In this document: positions 38,901 through 53,580 of the stretch, piece by piece
How positions within the stretch are numbered: position 1 is the stretch's first letter
How the letters are laid out: each line of letters starts with the position of its first letter
DNA from: Lama guanicoe
Lineage: Eukaryota
Reading direction: 5' to 3'
Length of the DNA stretch: 64,000 bases
Assembly (NCBI GenBank): GCA_013239625.1
Contig: MU054187.1
Location: 4,475,757 to 4,539,756, forward strand
Position numbers and translations under genes: made by a program
The notes under the pieces: model-generated
Database searches by the model: none
What the model was told of the DNA's origin: nothing
Seen by the model: the letters and a program-made list of their open reading frames with translations, nothing else

Positions 38901-41232
38901 TGCAGTGGCCCCAAGAACTCCATGAATTGTTACTAGACTTGATAATCCTTGAGTTCGCTGAGCCGTTACTGCTGCTGCTAGAAGGTCCTCCTGGTCCGCC
39001 TGCCTGGGGTCCCAGCTACCTCTTAGTCTCAACAGTAACCAGCAAGTCTTGTGAAGCCCGGGACCTGAGCATTCTCGTCTGTGATAAAGGACGGTGCTCC
39101 CTGGACCCCATGTTCCTTTAGACTCTGGCCAGGCCTGAACATTCTCAGTCAAACACAGAGCTGCCGGCGAGGACAAAAGTGGCTGAAAGTGGCGTTATTT
39201 TATGTTTCTCTGGATAAAGCAAGCAGTGCTACTGGATTTTCATTAAGAATTCTAGAAGTCCTGCTTTTTAATTACTTGTCATCATTTCCATCCAACAAGT
39301 CATTGTATTTCCAAGCGATTTTTGGTGCTGGCTCCGCGAAGCACTGACTTCAGGTGCAAAGCAGGGCGCCCCCCACCCCACCCCGCCCAACATCGCCACA
39401 GGTTGGTGGCCCTGTTATTGCAAAACTTCCTTTGCCTTCAGCCAAGGAAGAGTGTTGAACCAGAAAGGTGATTTTTTTTTTCTGATTCTCTAGTTCATTG
39501 TCATTGTCCTAAATAAGAGAAAAGCAATTGTAAAAGAAACCCGTCACATTTTTGTTAGAATGGATTTACTTGCAAATGAAAAAGAAGCTTGTGAACGAGT
39601 CTTCTAAGTGACCTTAGAGAGTGACACTGAGGTCCAGACTCCGTTCCCGGGGGGGAGACGTGACCTGCGGTTTCTCTCCTACCAAACTTCGGTTGGATTT
39701 CATTTTTAATAATGGCTTTATTATTTACCCTAGGCTGTTTCGCTCTGTTTGCTTTGAAATTTGAAACCACATATTTTCTTTGTAACTCAAATAAAAATGG
39801 GGTCACGCGAATGACCTTTCAGACAGAAACCACAGAGTCCGCCCACTTCGACAGAAGTAGCACACACGCTATCGCTGGAGAGCAGCGGGCTTGTTTTAAG
39901 ACAAAAGATCACTCAGTTGCCATCAGGCTTGAAATCCAATGACAGGACGGTCAGTGCCAAGCGTGGACACTGGGGACGACACTTAGTAACAGCACTGGGT
40001 GACCAACAAACGCGGCCCCGAGCTCCACGCTGGGCCCTTTCGACCTGGGCCCTCGTGGAAGTCTCACCTCAGCCCCGTGAAGTGGCGGCACCATCGTGAT
40101 CACCGAGCTGTCAGGAGGAAACCAAGGTGCGTGAGCTTGAGTAACTCGCCCGGGGTCGCAGGGCTGTGAGTGGCCGGCTCTGGAGTAATTGCGGCCGACC
40201 TTGACCCCGGGACCTGGCTCTGGACTGAGGGGCCCGAGTTAACAGGCAGACAGACCAGAACGACCTGTTTTCCTTTCTGGCCTGAATTCATCTGGGGACA
40301 AACAGTGAACGTCCCCTTGTCCTCGGGCCCTAGAATTCATCCTGAATTCTTTTTCCTGGCTCTGGGATGAAACTTCAGACAAGACCCATAGTCTCTTCAG
40401 TTCGTCTTAAATAATTCAGTCTTCAGATCAGTTTCAGGCATGGAAGAGCCCGGGCCAGGGCCACGACCGGAACTCCAGCCTCTTCTCCTGTTTCAGTTGG
40501 CTTCTCTCCCAGCGCAGGCCTGGGTTGGTCTGGAAACCTCTGTGGAGGAGGGGGCTTGATAAATCTCATGGGTTTTCCATCTCTCCTGGCTCCGGCTCCT
40601 TTCCCACTCATGACTAGACGTGACTTCTCCCCTGGGGGCAGGCCCCGTGAGGTGTAGGAATGCGCGGCAGAAGATGACAAGGGGTCCCCTCCTTGGCTCT
40701 GACACCTGTCATCCAGTGTCCCCTGGGCCTGGGACCCAGAGGTGGTTCTGTCTGGGAGCTTCTGGGTTCCCCGGGGGCAGGCCGTCCCTGGGGGCGTTGC
40801 GGCTCGCCCCTCAGTGCAGGCTCAGCTTCCTTTGGCGGGGGGGCTGTTTGGGGAGAGTTCCTTTTAAGATAAGCCCAGACCACCTTTCCTCAAGTACACG
40901 CAGCATCCTGTGGCCTGTGGCCTGCGGCAGAAGGTCCAGGGCCAACTCTGCCCTTAGACCTCTCAGGATCGCCAGACTCCGCCAGCTCCAAGAGACCCGG
41001 GTCAGGCGCTCTGGGGGCGGGAGGGTGCCTGCGTCCAACCTCAGCCCGTCTGAGGGGAGGGTGGGCGCACTTGCCAGGCTCTGAGCACAGGGCTTGGGAC
41101 TACCTGTCCTGGTACCTGCCCGTTAGGCCAGGTTGTCGCCCACTTCCTGCTCTGCCCACTGCACCTCCTGTGGAAGCTCCATGGGCAACAGCTGCACCCC
41201 CGCCGCTCTTCCCGCCCGCCTAGCGCCATTCA

Positions 41233-41251
41233 CAGCGCCCCCTGGAGGCTA
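41233..41251 (-). promoter_or_regulatory. Candidate CTCF binding site
   Basis: Reverse strand reads TAGCCTCCAGGGGGCGCTG, 16/19 to the consensus TGGCCACCAGGGGGCGCTA, with the core intact. Confidence 0.6.
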
Positions 41252-42689
41252 TCGCCGTAACGCTGTACCTGATGGAGTCATTGTCACACGTTCATGCAGA
41301 ACACCTGTGCACGTTTGTGCTGCCTCCGTGCATCCTAGGAGAGCCGTCCCGGGGGCGGACGTTACCCCATGGCCTGTACCCATGAAGGCTTTAGAAGGCA
41401 AGAGTTGGCCTCAGCCTCTCTTCACTCATTCCAACAGGCATTTCTAGACTCGGTTGTACAGAATGGATGTGGCAAAAGAAACAAGGCGTAAAGGGCTTGC
41501 TGAATATGTGGAGAAGTGCTTTACACAACAGGTGGAAAATGAAAACAAAGTAATGAAAACCCAGGGCAAGGAGTATTTTTTTTTTATTATATAACATTGA
41601 AGACCTGCTCAAGCCAACTGAAAAAGGAAGCCAAAAAAAAAAAAAATGACAAGGATTTGGAAATCAAACGTTTAAATGTTGTTAGGACCAGTCCGTGGTT
41701 TTCTGAGAATATACCAAGTGGTGGTGGTGGTGTTGGCAAGAAGATTATTTCATTTACAGCTTGGAGCTGATTGCTGATGGCAGCGCTGGCGTCAGGAGAG
41801 GGAAGATCCAGCCGTCAGAATTGTAGCTGGTGAGGGACTTCACCAGGCAGTAAGGAAGGAGGCACGTCATTCAGTAATTGAAAAAGCACGGGTCCCAAAA
41901 GGGTGGTGGTTTCGACTTAACGCTTCCAGATGTTTGGCCCTCTGGCTTCTTAGTTTCCATTCAGTTTGCCGTGTCAGATGCAGGCTTTTTTGATACATAC
42001 TTTTGTTACTCCCCTGTTTACCTTTTCACTTTCATTATTCTCCTTTTGCATTCTTTACAAGTTATTTTCATGGCATAAAAGCAGTTAATAAATGTGACTA
42101 TGCATTAGGAAGAGGAGGAAAAGGGAAGACGGTGAGAGACACAGCGTATTAATTAAAACGGGTAAGTCCTTGTCTTCCAAATGCAATGGCGTTGCTTCCT
42201 TCAGCCCACAGAACTGAGCATTGAATTTATGAATACGTTTGGCTTCTAAATATAACTTTTGTGATGAGCACAATGGTGTTAACACTTTGGGATGCACATT
42301 AAGGAGATGACAAGTTTGATGAGACCCTACTGGTTAAAATTGTCTCAGGCAGAGGGAGGCAGATGTATGAATGTACAGCTGGTTTGGCTTGAGCCTAGGG
42401 AGCGAAAGAAGAAGGAACAGAGGACTAGACTGGTGTGTGCGCTTCCCACAGACCACTTGTCAGCAGTCAGACAGGAAGTCCACAATCGTCCTCAGCAGCG
42501 CCCTCCTCCTCCACAGCCAGTCCATCTCCAAGTTCCGTCCAGTGGGCGTCTTAAGCATCTCTTGAAATTGTCCACACTTCTCTCCATCCCCAAAGCCACC
42601 TTCCTCCAAAGGGCAATGTGAATGACAAGTATCTTTGTGCCCTTATTTGACCTGCTCAGTTCCCCTGAACTGTAGGTAGTGAAGTTATC

Positions 42690-42795
42690 TCCACCAAGAA
42701 ATGGGACACCTGAGGCACCGGTAGCGGAGGTGACCTGCCCCAGGCTACGCAGCCCTTCCGGGGCAGAGCCAGGATTCAAACCCAAAGGCAGCGCC
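42690..42795 (-). mobile_element. MIR SINE fragment
   Basis: atgggacacctgaggcacc...gtgacctgccccaggctacgcagc...ggcagagccaggattcaaacccaaaggcag. Confidence 0.65.
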
Positions 42796-44589
42796 CGGTG
42801 GGCCACCAGTCAGAGCCCGCTGCCCCTCCCTCTGCTGGGCAGCTCTGCTGGGCCTCTGCAGCTGCTCCTGCTCCCCCTCCTGTCCCCTCCCTGCAGCCGG
42901 GGGACTTTTTAAAAATACAGATCTGACCTTGTCACTAATGCTGCAGTCCCCTGTATGGCTCTCCCATTACTCTGCATAAAATCCAAAGCCTATCCACCCC
43001 TCAGCCCTCCCCACGCCGCCACCCCCCGGCGCTCTGCGTCGCCGTGGGGTGTGCCTTAGGGTTCCTGAATGAACTGTGAGCTCAGGAGAGAGCTGCTGTG
43101 GGGACAGACACGCAGTCTCCGGCCGTTTACCCCCGTCTTTCCTCCTCACTGCTCCGTCCTCTGACTCGCAAGTAGGTTGGGGTGGGAAAGTGCTTTGTGA
43201 CAGTCCTGCCGTATTTATCAACATCATTCAATTAGTAGTCATCATATTTTTTTCAGTCTTCTTTCCTAAATTGTCATGACTTTCTTGTTCCTTTCCACCT
43301 TACACATAACTGTTCAGTCAACAGGTGCTAGTCAGTTGATTCAGCGCAGCCCGTGAGTCAGTGAGCACCCTTAGATTTTGAGCGCCTTTCTCTTACGTTT
43401 GTAAAGAATTCAGAAGGTAACACTGTCACGCGAGACTGCATTCTTACTTTAATAAGAAGCATGTGTCTCTGTTCTTAAGTGGGGAAAACCAAGACTGCAG
43501 TTAGGAGAGTGACCGCCAGTCCGGTTGGACTCTTACGCCTAAAGTCAATGAGCACAGATGCTGTTACGAAAAGCCAGAAAGCAGCCTGGGACAAGTGTGC
43601 CCATATTGTAAATGCTTTCTGATCTGACGTGAGGAAGCCAGGAGAATCCATTCTCTGAGAGCTCTTCTAAGCTCCAAGGTAAATTTGCTGCTTCTGCTCT
43701 TCGCCTCCAAGAATGTCTGAGCTGCAGACGTTTGCAGGCTCCCCGAACTGAACACGTCCACGTTCGTAGGTGAGATCTAGACACTGAGATGTTAGGTGAC
43801 TCCGAGCAGCATTAGTGACTCCCTCTTTGAAACAGTATCCCCACCTTTTTTTCTGCCGTAACACACAAGAGAAGGGACCAGCTTTCACATACTTCTGAAA
43901 CGTCTGCGGGTGAAAGCGGGCAGGTGTTCGGTCCCAGGGCCCTTGCTCTCGCAGCGGTGCTTTCTTCCTGCCTAAAATTCAAGGATCAATTAGGCATTAA
44001 CTGTTCTTTCTTTTTGCTTACTGGAAGCATGTGGCCCACGCTGTTTTCTATTATTGCATTTTAAAATCTCGAGAGATGACTCAGAGATCTGGGTTGGCTG
44101 CGTCAGCAGTGAAGGCCATTCCCCATGGCAGCCCGTAGCCAGAGGCCCCCTCACACAGGCCACAATCCCTGTTACCTGCCTGATCTCGGAGACGTGGAGG
44201 TACACGTTACAGGAATTGGACTTGAAGCATTTTTCCCATGAACTGTGTGTACTGCAGCTCATTTTCTGTCCCTAACTGCCTCCGGGGTAGTAAGTGCTCT
44301 TAGACCAGGGTATCTGGGTCCTGGTCTCTACCTAACTGCCCCTGTGAGCTGCGGGCAGATTTCAAATTAGAAGGATCCAGGCCATTTTGGTTTTAAAAGT
44401 TTTGAACTCTCTAGCATTGCTATTTCCTTGCCCCCAGAGCCCCAGACTTGTACTCACTTACGAGACAAGAAAGCTTGGCTGGCTTTCTCCACGCCAGCAC
44501 CCAGGACCAACTCTGATGCTCGCTGGTCCAGGAGTGAGGTTCCTTCCATTTCCTTGAGTGCAAAGGCTAGACCAGCTGCCTGGGCATCT

Positions 44590-44700
44590 CCCGGGATCTG
44601 GTGAGAAATGCAGCCTCAGGGGCCCACCCTGAACCTGCTGAGTCAGACTCTGGTCTGAAGCAGATCCCCAGGGGCACGGGCACACGGAAGTTTGAGAAGC
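44590..44700. mobile_element. MER5-like hAT-Charlie DNA transposon fragment
   Basis: agaaatgcagcctcaggggcccaccctgaacctgctgagtcagactctg...aagtttgagaagca. Confidence 0.6.
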
Positions 44701-47700
44701 ATCGCGAGAGACAGTGGGAGCGTGTCCTCTGTCCTCAGCTGGCTCTCTGCCCCACCAGCCCTTCCGCATGGATAACGTGACCCCCTCCAGCCCTGGTCCC
44801 CTAGTGGGAAGGAGCTGGCAGGGGCAGCTCCTCCCATGATGACCCCCAGGCCAGCTGCTGTTGGGTCCATGTCTGCCCTGACTCAGGGGGCCTTGGTTTT
44901 GCCAAATTTTTTTAAGCTTTCATGAAATTTTAAAATAGATATTAAATGGGGTAGAATGTAGGCAAATGGTCTGTGAATGGACGCTTCCCTCAGGCCTGTG
45001 CTCTCGCTCCTTCGCCCTCAGTGGGGGACCAAGCACGGCTGGATAATTCTTTCTGTTTATGAAACCGTGTACAGCTGAGATCTGATTTTCCTTCCCTAAA
45101 ACAAGATGAAGAGGAATAGGAGCCCCTGGCTGCTACCATCAGTGCCTGGGCGCACCTGCAGGGCCTGTTGGTATCAGGGGCCTGGGGCCAGGCCGCCATC
45201 AGCAGAGGTCACGTGCCCAGTGTCCCCCGAACGCAGGTCATGATTATCACATCTCTGGCATCACAATGTAGCTCCAGGCTTCCGGGTGTGTCACTTACCA
45301 TTTGACTGGTCATCGTGAATATACGTGGTGTGCAGCTTATCTCAGCCAACACGGGTTAAACATCGAAAAGTAAGAGAGCATGAGTTTAAGGGTGGTGTCA
45401 AGATGGAGACGAGGAGCAGCCGATTCCGCCTGCGTTATCTTTGCAGGAGGTTCAGGTTGTTCGCAAAAACAGGTGGAAAACATCAAGGGTGCTGCGTGGT
45501 GCCCCGGGGGCCCCAGCCAGTTCCTCCAGCTTTTTCAGGGCTTTTGAGTTCTCTAAGAAGATGCTTTTCCCCTCTTCCAAAGAGTTTAAATGAAAACTTT
45601 TAAACTGTGACCATGGTCATTTCAAAACATCACCAGTGTGTTAAAAATTATTAGGGAAATTGGGAATAATTGAGGAAACATGGCAGAGGGGTAGAAACAA
45701 AAAGGAAATGAAGTGTAAATTGGTTACAGATAATTACTGTTTTTCTGACAGAAACATCTCATGCTGGTTTTGTGACTACTAACTGCTTCCTCAGGGCGTG
45801 GTGTGTGGGATGGGGGTGCCCGGGGGAGCCACCCTCAGAGGGAGAAGAGAGTGGGAGTCTCGTCCAGGCACCGCACGTCACAGATGAGAAGACACGGCCC
45901 TGGGAGGGGGCGCAGGGCTGCCTCCTGTCGCCCGCCGGGCCTTCTCCCCACTGGCCGGAGGTGTGCTGTGGTCCTCGGGTACCAGGCTGGCGGGCAGAGA
46001 TTGCAGTCCTGTCCTTCACTCTGTCCCTGAACCTTTTGGCAAGGTCCCCTCTGCAGACACATTTTGGGAGCTACAGAGGGAATCAGTGGAGATGTTGCAC
46101 ACGCTCAGGAGAAACATGGCCTGTCCTGGGGGCTCTCAGGTGCCCTGGGGGCTGCCCAGGGGTTTGTCTCCAAGCCCAGGCTCCTCTGCCCACTCATCTC
46201 CCCGCGGTGTGGACCCAGGGTAGCGGGGGAGCAGACCCTGAGGCTCTGCAGAGGACTCCACTCCTCCCCTTGCGTTGCATTCAGACTATGTTCAAAGAAA
46301 CAATCTCACTTAATCTTCATGAGAGGAGATGGTTTTTAAACTAAATTGAAGTATCATCATAGAACCACACAATTAAAGGAAATCATTGTGGAGGAATTGC
46401 CTTGGGGCTTCTTAAATCTTACGAATGAAAATATTTTTATTAGAACAGATCATTTTGCAGATTACCAAAACTGTCTCTAACAGAACAGGACGATGGGTGT
46501 GCTTAGAGATTAAGAGTTCTGAAAGATGATAAGGAAATCTACCAGCCTCCCCCCGCCTCCAAAGCGTGTTGTTAACAGGCTCTTCATTTTCCTACCACGA
46601 GAGCAAATGGTTTTATAGTCATACCACTTCATTTATTTTGTGAATTAGCTATTTGATGTGTCAGTTGAATATGTTAGTCTCTTAATACCCCTGATTATCA
46701 CCAAAGATGCTGAAAAGATCTTTAACCAGTGCCTTGGAATGCTGATGTATTTGTCAGTGTTCTCTGCCAGCGGTGACAGGCTAACGAGGAGTTGTTCAGA
46801 GGGCTGCGGGGATGGTACACTATATTATGTGCTAAGCAGAAAGACTCCCTAAAGATTTATTTTGGGAGTATTGATAAGAGTTTCATTATAGTGGCTTTGG
46901 ATGGGGGGGTCAAGTTGTTCAGAAAGCCATAAATAAGCCCCAGGAGTGCTTAACTGTCATACAGGTTTTCTGTAAAGTAACATTTATGTATGACTGACAC
47001 CTTAAGATTTTGTTCTCAGTTTTCTAGGGGATTGGGGAAAATGCATATCACAAACTTTTGATTCTGCTCCTTGCGTGAAAAATTATGGGACATTTATAAT
47101 CCAGTTACCTATACCTATACAGGTGGTTGATCTGGAAGTGTTTCTAGGAGTTTAGGGGGTTTTGTTTGTATTTTAGTTAAAAATAAGCTTGTGTTTAATG
47201 GGATGAACGTCATACACATTCTTAATTTTCGGGAGAGTGTTGTCAAAGATACTGGTGGGCAAAAGTAAGAGGAACATGTTGACTCTCTGAAGATCTTTTC
47301 ATCTTCCCTGCCATTTCTTGCCCACCTTTCAGTTTTTGAAGAGTGAGGAGCTTGCGGAAGTGTTAGGAGAGACTGATGGTGAGAAGTCAGAAGTTTTGCT
47401 TCATGGCAAACGAGGCTGTCGCCTAAAGCAGAGAAGGGATTCTCGGGAACCCAGTGGCACTGCGTGCACTGGGAACCGGGCTGTGGCAAACCCGCCTTTC
47501 TGCGCGCATCCAGTATTTCCTGGGTTTTGATATAAGTGATGCCAACCGGGCGTGATGGGGAGGCGGTTCTCCCCTAGAGGGGAGGCAGCCGGAGGAGCTG
47601 GCGCGTGGGAACCCTGCGCCTCCGCCTCCGCCTCCTCCTCCGGAGCGCCGGGCCCGGGCGGGGCGCGGGGCGCGGGCGGCCGAGCTCGGGACAAGCCGTG

Positions 47701-47910
47701 ATGTCACTCGCCCATCCTAACCCGCGGTTGGTTGTTGTGTGTTTCAGCTCTGCCTGCTGCAGCCGAACACAAAGACCTGGAGGAGACTCCCACCTCCTTC
47801 GGGGAGAAGAAAGGAGGCGGCGAAGCAGATTAAAGGAACTTGTGGCTGGTGGCCTTTCTGCGCGGGGCTGCCCGCCGGCGGGGAAGTGGCTTCCAGCCCC
47901 GGGGCGGGTC

Positions 47911-49201
<1,291 letters not shown>

Positions 49202-49548
49202 GAGGAAAGGGCGCGCAGCGGAGGGAGGGGGGTCTCTGTGCATCCGCAGTCGTGAAGGTTGTGAGGTCTCCTTGCAGTGTTGTGAGCTTCGCCGCTCTCT
49301 TTGTGTTGCTTGTTGTGCAATGTCTTTCAAGTTGCATGCCTGCCAACATGGGGCCTCACCTGGCTTCCACGTCCACCATCGCCGCAGAGCCTGGCTGAGC
49401 ACACCGTCATCTGCCAGAAGTTTCTGGCCAGATGCTATTTAGGGCTTCAATCTTCAGCAGAACTGTTTACACGAAAAACGAAAACGGTATACAACTTCAA
49501 TATTTATGTGGTTCTTTGTGTTTTTATATCCCGCGCTATTGTGTCTTA

Positions 49549-49604
49549 ATTAAAAGTTTTATCAACTGGCTTTTAAGTTGAGAGTAGCATCTTTTTGAAA
49601 TAAA
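49549..49604 (+). terminator. FAM110B: Candidate proximal polyadenylation signals
   Basis: ATTAAA 49549-49554 and AATAAA 49599-49604 after a U-rich stretch. Confidence 0.45.
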
Positions 49605-50607
49605 AAGCCAATAATGCCAACCTGTGACACCGAAAAGACGGGAAGATCAGGGGGCTCTGCTGCCCAGCGGAGATAGTGACTGACGGAGAGAGCCAGGCGG
49701 GGCTCTCAGAGGAAGAGAGCGATGTTAGCCACTTACCTGTTGAAGGTGTCTGGCCACTTAAGAGACGGCGGGGACAACAATGCTACGTCAGTTTTGTGTC
49801 CTATTCGGTGTGTAAATGTGGGTGGTTCTGTGGAATCCTGACCCCAAGGAAAGACAATCAGAGGCCATGAAGGTGATTAAATCAGATCGGGTGTTGCGGG
49901 AGGCTGATACTGTTCTGATTTGGGTTGATTCGAAATTTCTCCTGTTAATCTCCTGTTAATCTTTTAGGGTGGCAGGAGTGGCCACCCTAAGGCTGAATCT
50001 GAATGTCTTTTTTTTTTTTTAAGTTGGTTTTTTGGTCAAGAACTAATTCCAGGCGGATTCTCTTCCCTCCCTGTGTTGTTGTAGCTGGGAGAGGGCAGCC
50101 AGGCTGGGGCAGTGGGAGCCATCTGAAGACATGAACTCAAAGGGAGATAGCAGCCATATCACTAGAGAGACTCCTATTCAAACGTCAATACTTTTGGTAG
50201 CAAACCCATATCTGAGCAGCATGGCTGAGTCCCTGTGCATATGCTAACCCGTCAGGCTGTGGACCCTCATTAGGGCTCTAGGAAACTGTAGAAACACCAC
50301 TCCATGTAGTCTTCCCACCCTGTGGTCTCCAGTGCTACATATCAGCTTGTTCCCCCCACCCTAACCTGCCCCCCAGGTGGTCCCCCTGGCTGTCAATCAA
50401 TCAGCTGACAGTCGGGATGCGGTAGGCAGGGGTCCACCTGCGTTGATCGGCTTCATTGCCCTGTGGTCATGCCCCAGAGCTGTTGGCAGCACTGCCTTAG
50501 ACATCAGCTCAGAGGACATTTTTTTATGGTGTAAATGCTGTAAGACTCTGTACATACTTCAGTTGTTATGAAATCTTTAAGGGAAAAAAAAAAGGCAAAG
50601 TTACTCT

Positions 50608-50613
50608 AATAAA
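50608..50613 (+). terminator. FAM110B: Candidate distal polyadenylation signal
   Basis: AATAAA preceded by three TGTA motifs (50530, 50539, 50549) and followed by GU/U-rich tggtggtggtttctctttgt. Confidence 0.65.
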
Positions 50614-52548
50614 CAGCTCTGGTGCAGGCGCTAATGGTGGTGGTTTCTCTTTGTCCGCTCCTCTGCCCTCCACGGAAGTTCCACTTTGGACTGTGAGCTG
50701 AGTTTTGATGGTCTTGAAGAGACAGCACTTCATTAAGTTCTTTTCACCAGATCACAATTATTCTGAACAGCCGTGTTCTTCCTCGTCGCTAGAGCAGTGT
50801 GCTTTGTGCTAAAATAGTTTCACCAAGGTTCCGAAAATATGCTGCTGCCTCTTTACTCAGTTCACTCTTAGATTATTTTTATCTTTTCTTAAACATATTC
50901 CACCTGGCTCTTCAGTTGTAAATACGTGTGAGTTCTTACAGTGGAGACATACCTTTGAAATGTATAGCCTTGTTCTTATTTGTACAAGTCCATTGTCATT
51001 AACATTATGTGGATTCATACACCAGTCCGTTCAGTCATTCATTCTTCATTCCTCTTTTAAAAGTGCATTTGAAGAGTGATTCCTTTTTCAGAGCCCCCTG
51101 TAGACACAGGACTGCTGTGGTCAACAGCACAGTGTCTGCCTTGAAGAACTTAGATTTTCACATTTATTTTAAGAGAAATGTCAGTCCCCTTAGTGGACCT
51201 GTCTTTTCTCCTATTATTAGGACATTGAGTATTCAACAGGTGTTCATTAAATCAAGTTACTTGCAGATTATCATTTCTTAAAAAGTTCCATATCACACGT
51301 AAAGGTAAAAGAAAGGATTATTTTAAAAGTAAGTTACAGAAACAAATGATACGATTCCACTATTACTGTTCACAGACATCTTCCTTCTGAAAATCAAATC
51401 TGGTTCCTTGACTCTCTACTAGTTCTGAATTTTTCTGGTTCTCTGCTTATTTTTAAGTTCAACTAGAACACCACTTCCCAGAAGAAAGAATTTGAAATTC
51501 TGCTGTGAGTGGTGATGACCCAGTGCATTCAAGATAATAGGACGAAAGTTTTACATATTTATATATACACACACACGTTTTCTTCCCTCGCCGTTTGGGC
51601 AGAAATGTGGCTGTTTAAAATAGTCATAGCTTAGCATTTATACATCCGTCTACTTCTGGAGCTATTGAAACACTAAAGATCAATGTCATTTTCGTCAGGT
51701 AGCCAGTTTTGGAGGGAGAGGAGCACTGAGCTGAGTTACCGTCTCTGCCTGTGCTGTTTTAGTTATAGATCCTGTTTGAATCTTCCAACACTTCAAATCA
51801 CATTTGACCTGTATTCCAACACAGCTACAAGCTGTCCCGCTGCAGCTGGCCCACAGTACAGGGACTGGAGTTCGGTCCAGTCTTCTGTGGCCTTGTTTAT
51901 ACCATGGATGACTGTGAGGCTTTTGGTCCTGACGGAAGATGGGAGCTCATTATTTTCTTTTTGTTCTTGAAATTAGAGTTTCTATAAAGGACGATTTCAA
52001 ATGCTTAATATTAAATTGTAAGAGCAAGACATTTCCCAGTCAAGTGCTTTTGCAAAACGCTCACTTTTTTAGCTCTTGGCAGTATCATGTGTGTGTGAGA
52101 GAGAGAGAGAGATGATACTGCTGGTATGAATACAGGGCTGTGGTACAGGTCAGCAGCCTTTCATTCCCCACTGCCATGCAGACCACTGTATTCTAAGGCA
52201 GTCGTCCCACATCCACCCCCCCCCCACACTGCCTCAGTTTAGGCTCACATCCAATCTTAATCTATTGTTCCTAGAACTTTCTAACTGGAAGCTCTCTCTT
52301 CCCCCAGTCAGCCTCTTACATCCCATTTCGTGCCAAAGACATAACCAGCTCTGATCCTGTTACTCCTCCTTGTAAAAACATCCTCCAGCTTGAATGAGTT
52401 GCTGAGAGGATAAATCTTAACTTCTTAACAGAGAAAAGTCGGGCATTTCCCTCTCAGACTCATCTTCTGTGTCCCCTTCAACCACCCAGCCTAGGTCTCC
52501 AGGCTCCAACCAAAGAGAAGTTTCCCAGAAGTGGGGACTTTTTACTAC

Positions 52549-53013
52549 TGCATCAGTGCCCTACTGCTGCATAACAAATGTCCCCACCACTCAGCAGTTT
52601 AAGTCAGACATTCATTATCTCAGTGTCCATGGATCAGGCATCCTGGAGTGGCTTAGCTGGATGACTCTGGCTCAGGGTGTCTTGTGAGGCTGCAGACAGG
52701 ATGTCAACGAGGGCTGTGTCATCTGAAGGCCTGACTGACGAAGGAAAGTACTTCCAAGATGGCTCCTGGTGTCTACAAGAGTCCTCACATCATAGCCTCT
52801 GGCTTCCCCCAGGCGGAGTGACCTGGGAGAGCAGGGACTGAAGCCACATGCCTTTGGTGACCCCACATGCTAAGTCACACACCTTCACCACCAAGCTCGG
52901 TTCATCAGGGGAGTGTCAGTACACGCAGCCCACACATGGAGGGGAGAGTGTGGCCCCAGCCTTTAAAGGCAGGAATACCGAGGAGTTTAGGGACATGTCT
53001 CAGTATCGCCACC
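52549..53013 (-). mobile_element. MaLR solo LTR (older MLT1 type)
   Basis: ctactgctgcataacaaat...ggcttagctggatgactctggctcagggtgtcttgtgaggctgcag...tcatctgaaggcctgactg...cttccaagatggctc. Near-TSD actac/actgc. Confidence 0.8.
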
Positions 53014-53439
53014 ACTGCTGGGCTTTGGCAGCTCTTCGTTCTATAAGAAATGCTTTCTTCTCCCTCCTTGGCCTCACAGACTCAACTATCAACCGGTGAG
53101 ATTTTTGTAAGTTTCAGTGTCGCCTTTTCCCATTTGGTGATCATTTTTGTCTTGACCAGCATGGGCCCAGCCTTTGCCAGACTAAATGGGTGCCTTTGTG
53201 TGAATTTTTAGGTCGTATACTTTCCTAAAAATGTTTTATCTTTTGCCTGGGGAGAGGGAGGAAACCTGTCCTAACAAACTCCCAAAGCTCTGATGATTAC
53301 GGTGCGAACAACGGCCCCAGAGTTGGACAGAAGGCCACACAGACGCCCAGAGCGCACAGCGGGTGTTTAATAAATGTTGCTGTGATATTTTGAACCTATC
53401 GCATTTTAGTCCTGTGCTAGTTACACCATAAATACTGTC

Positions 53440-53580
53440 ACACTGAAGCCAAGCTGGTAGTTACTGTCCCATTTCAGAAGTGAAGGACCTCAGTTCCATG
53501 GAGATTAAGCTGCTTAACCAAGACCCCAGAGGAAGTAAGCGACAGAGTGGGACTTCAGCTCCGTTCTGTGACCCCAGCTC
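53440..53580 (-). mobile_element. MIR SINE fragment
   Basis: gttactgtcccatttcagaagtgaaggacctcagttccatggagattaagctgcttaaccaagacc. Confidence 0.55.

Noticed and set aside
47605..47910. N-terminal extension of the ORF 47605-47961
   Set aside because: Starts at GTG in intronic sequence upstream of the acceptor. Only the ATG-initiated part from 47911 was kept as a uORF.
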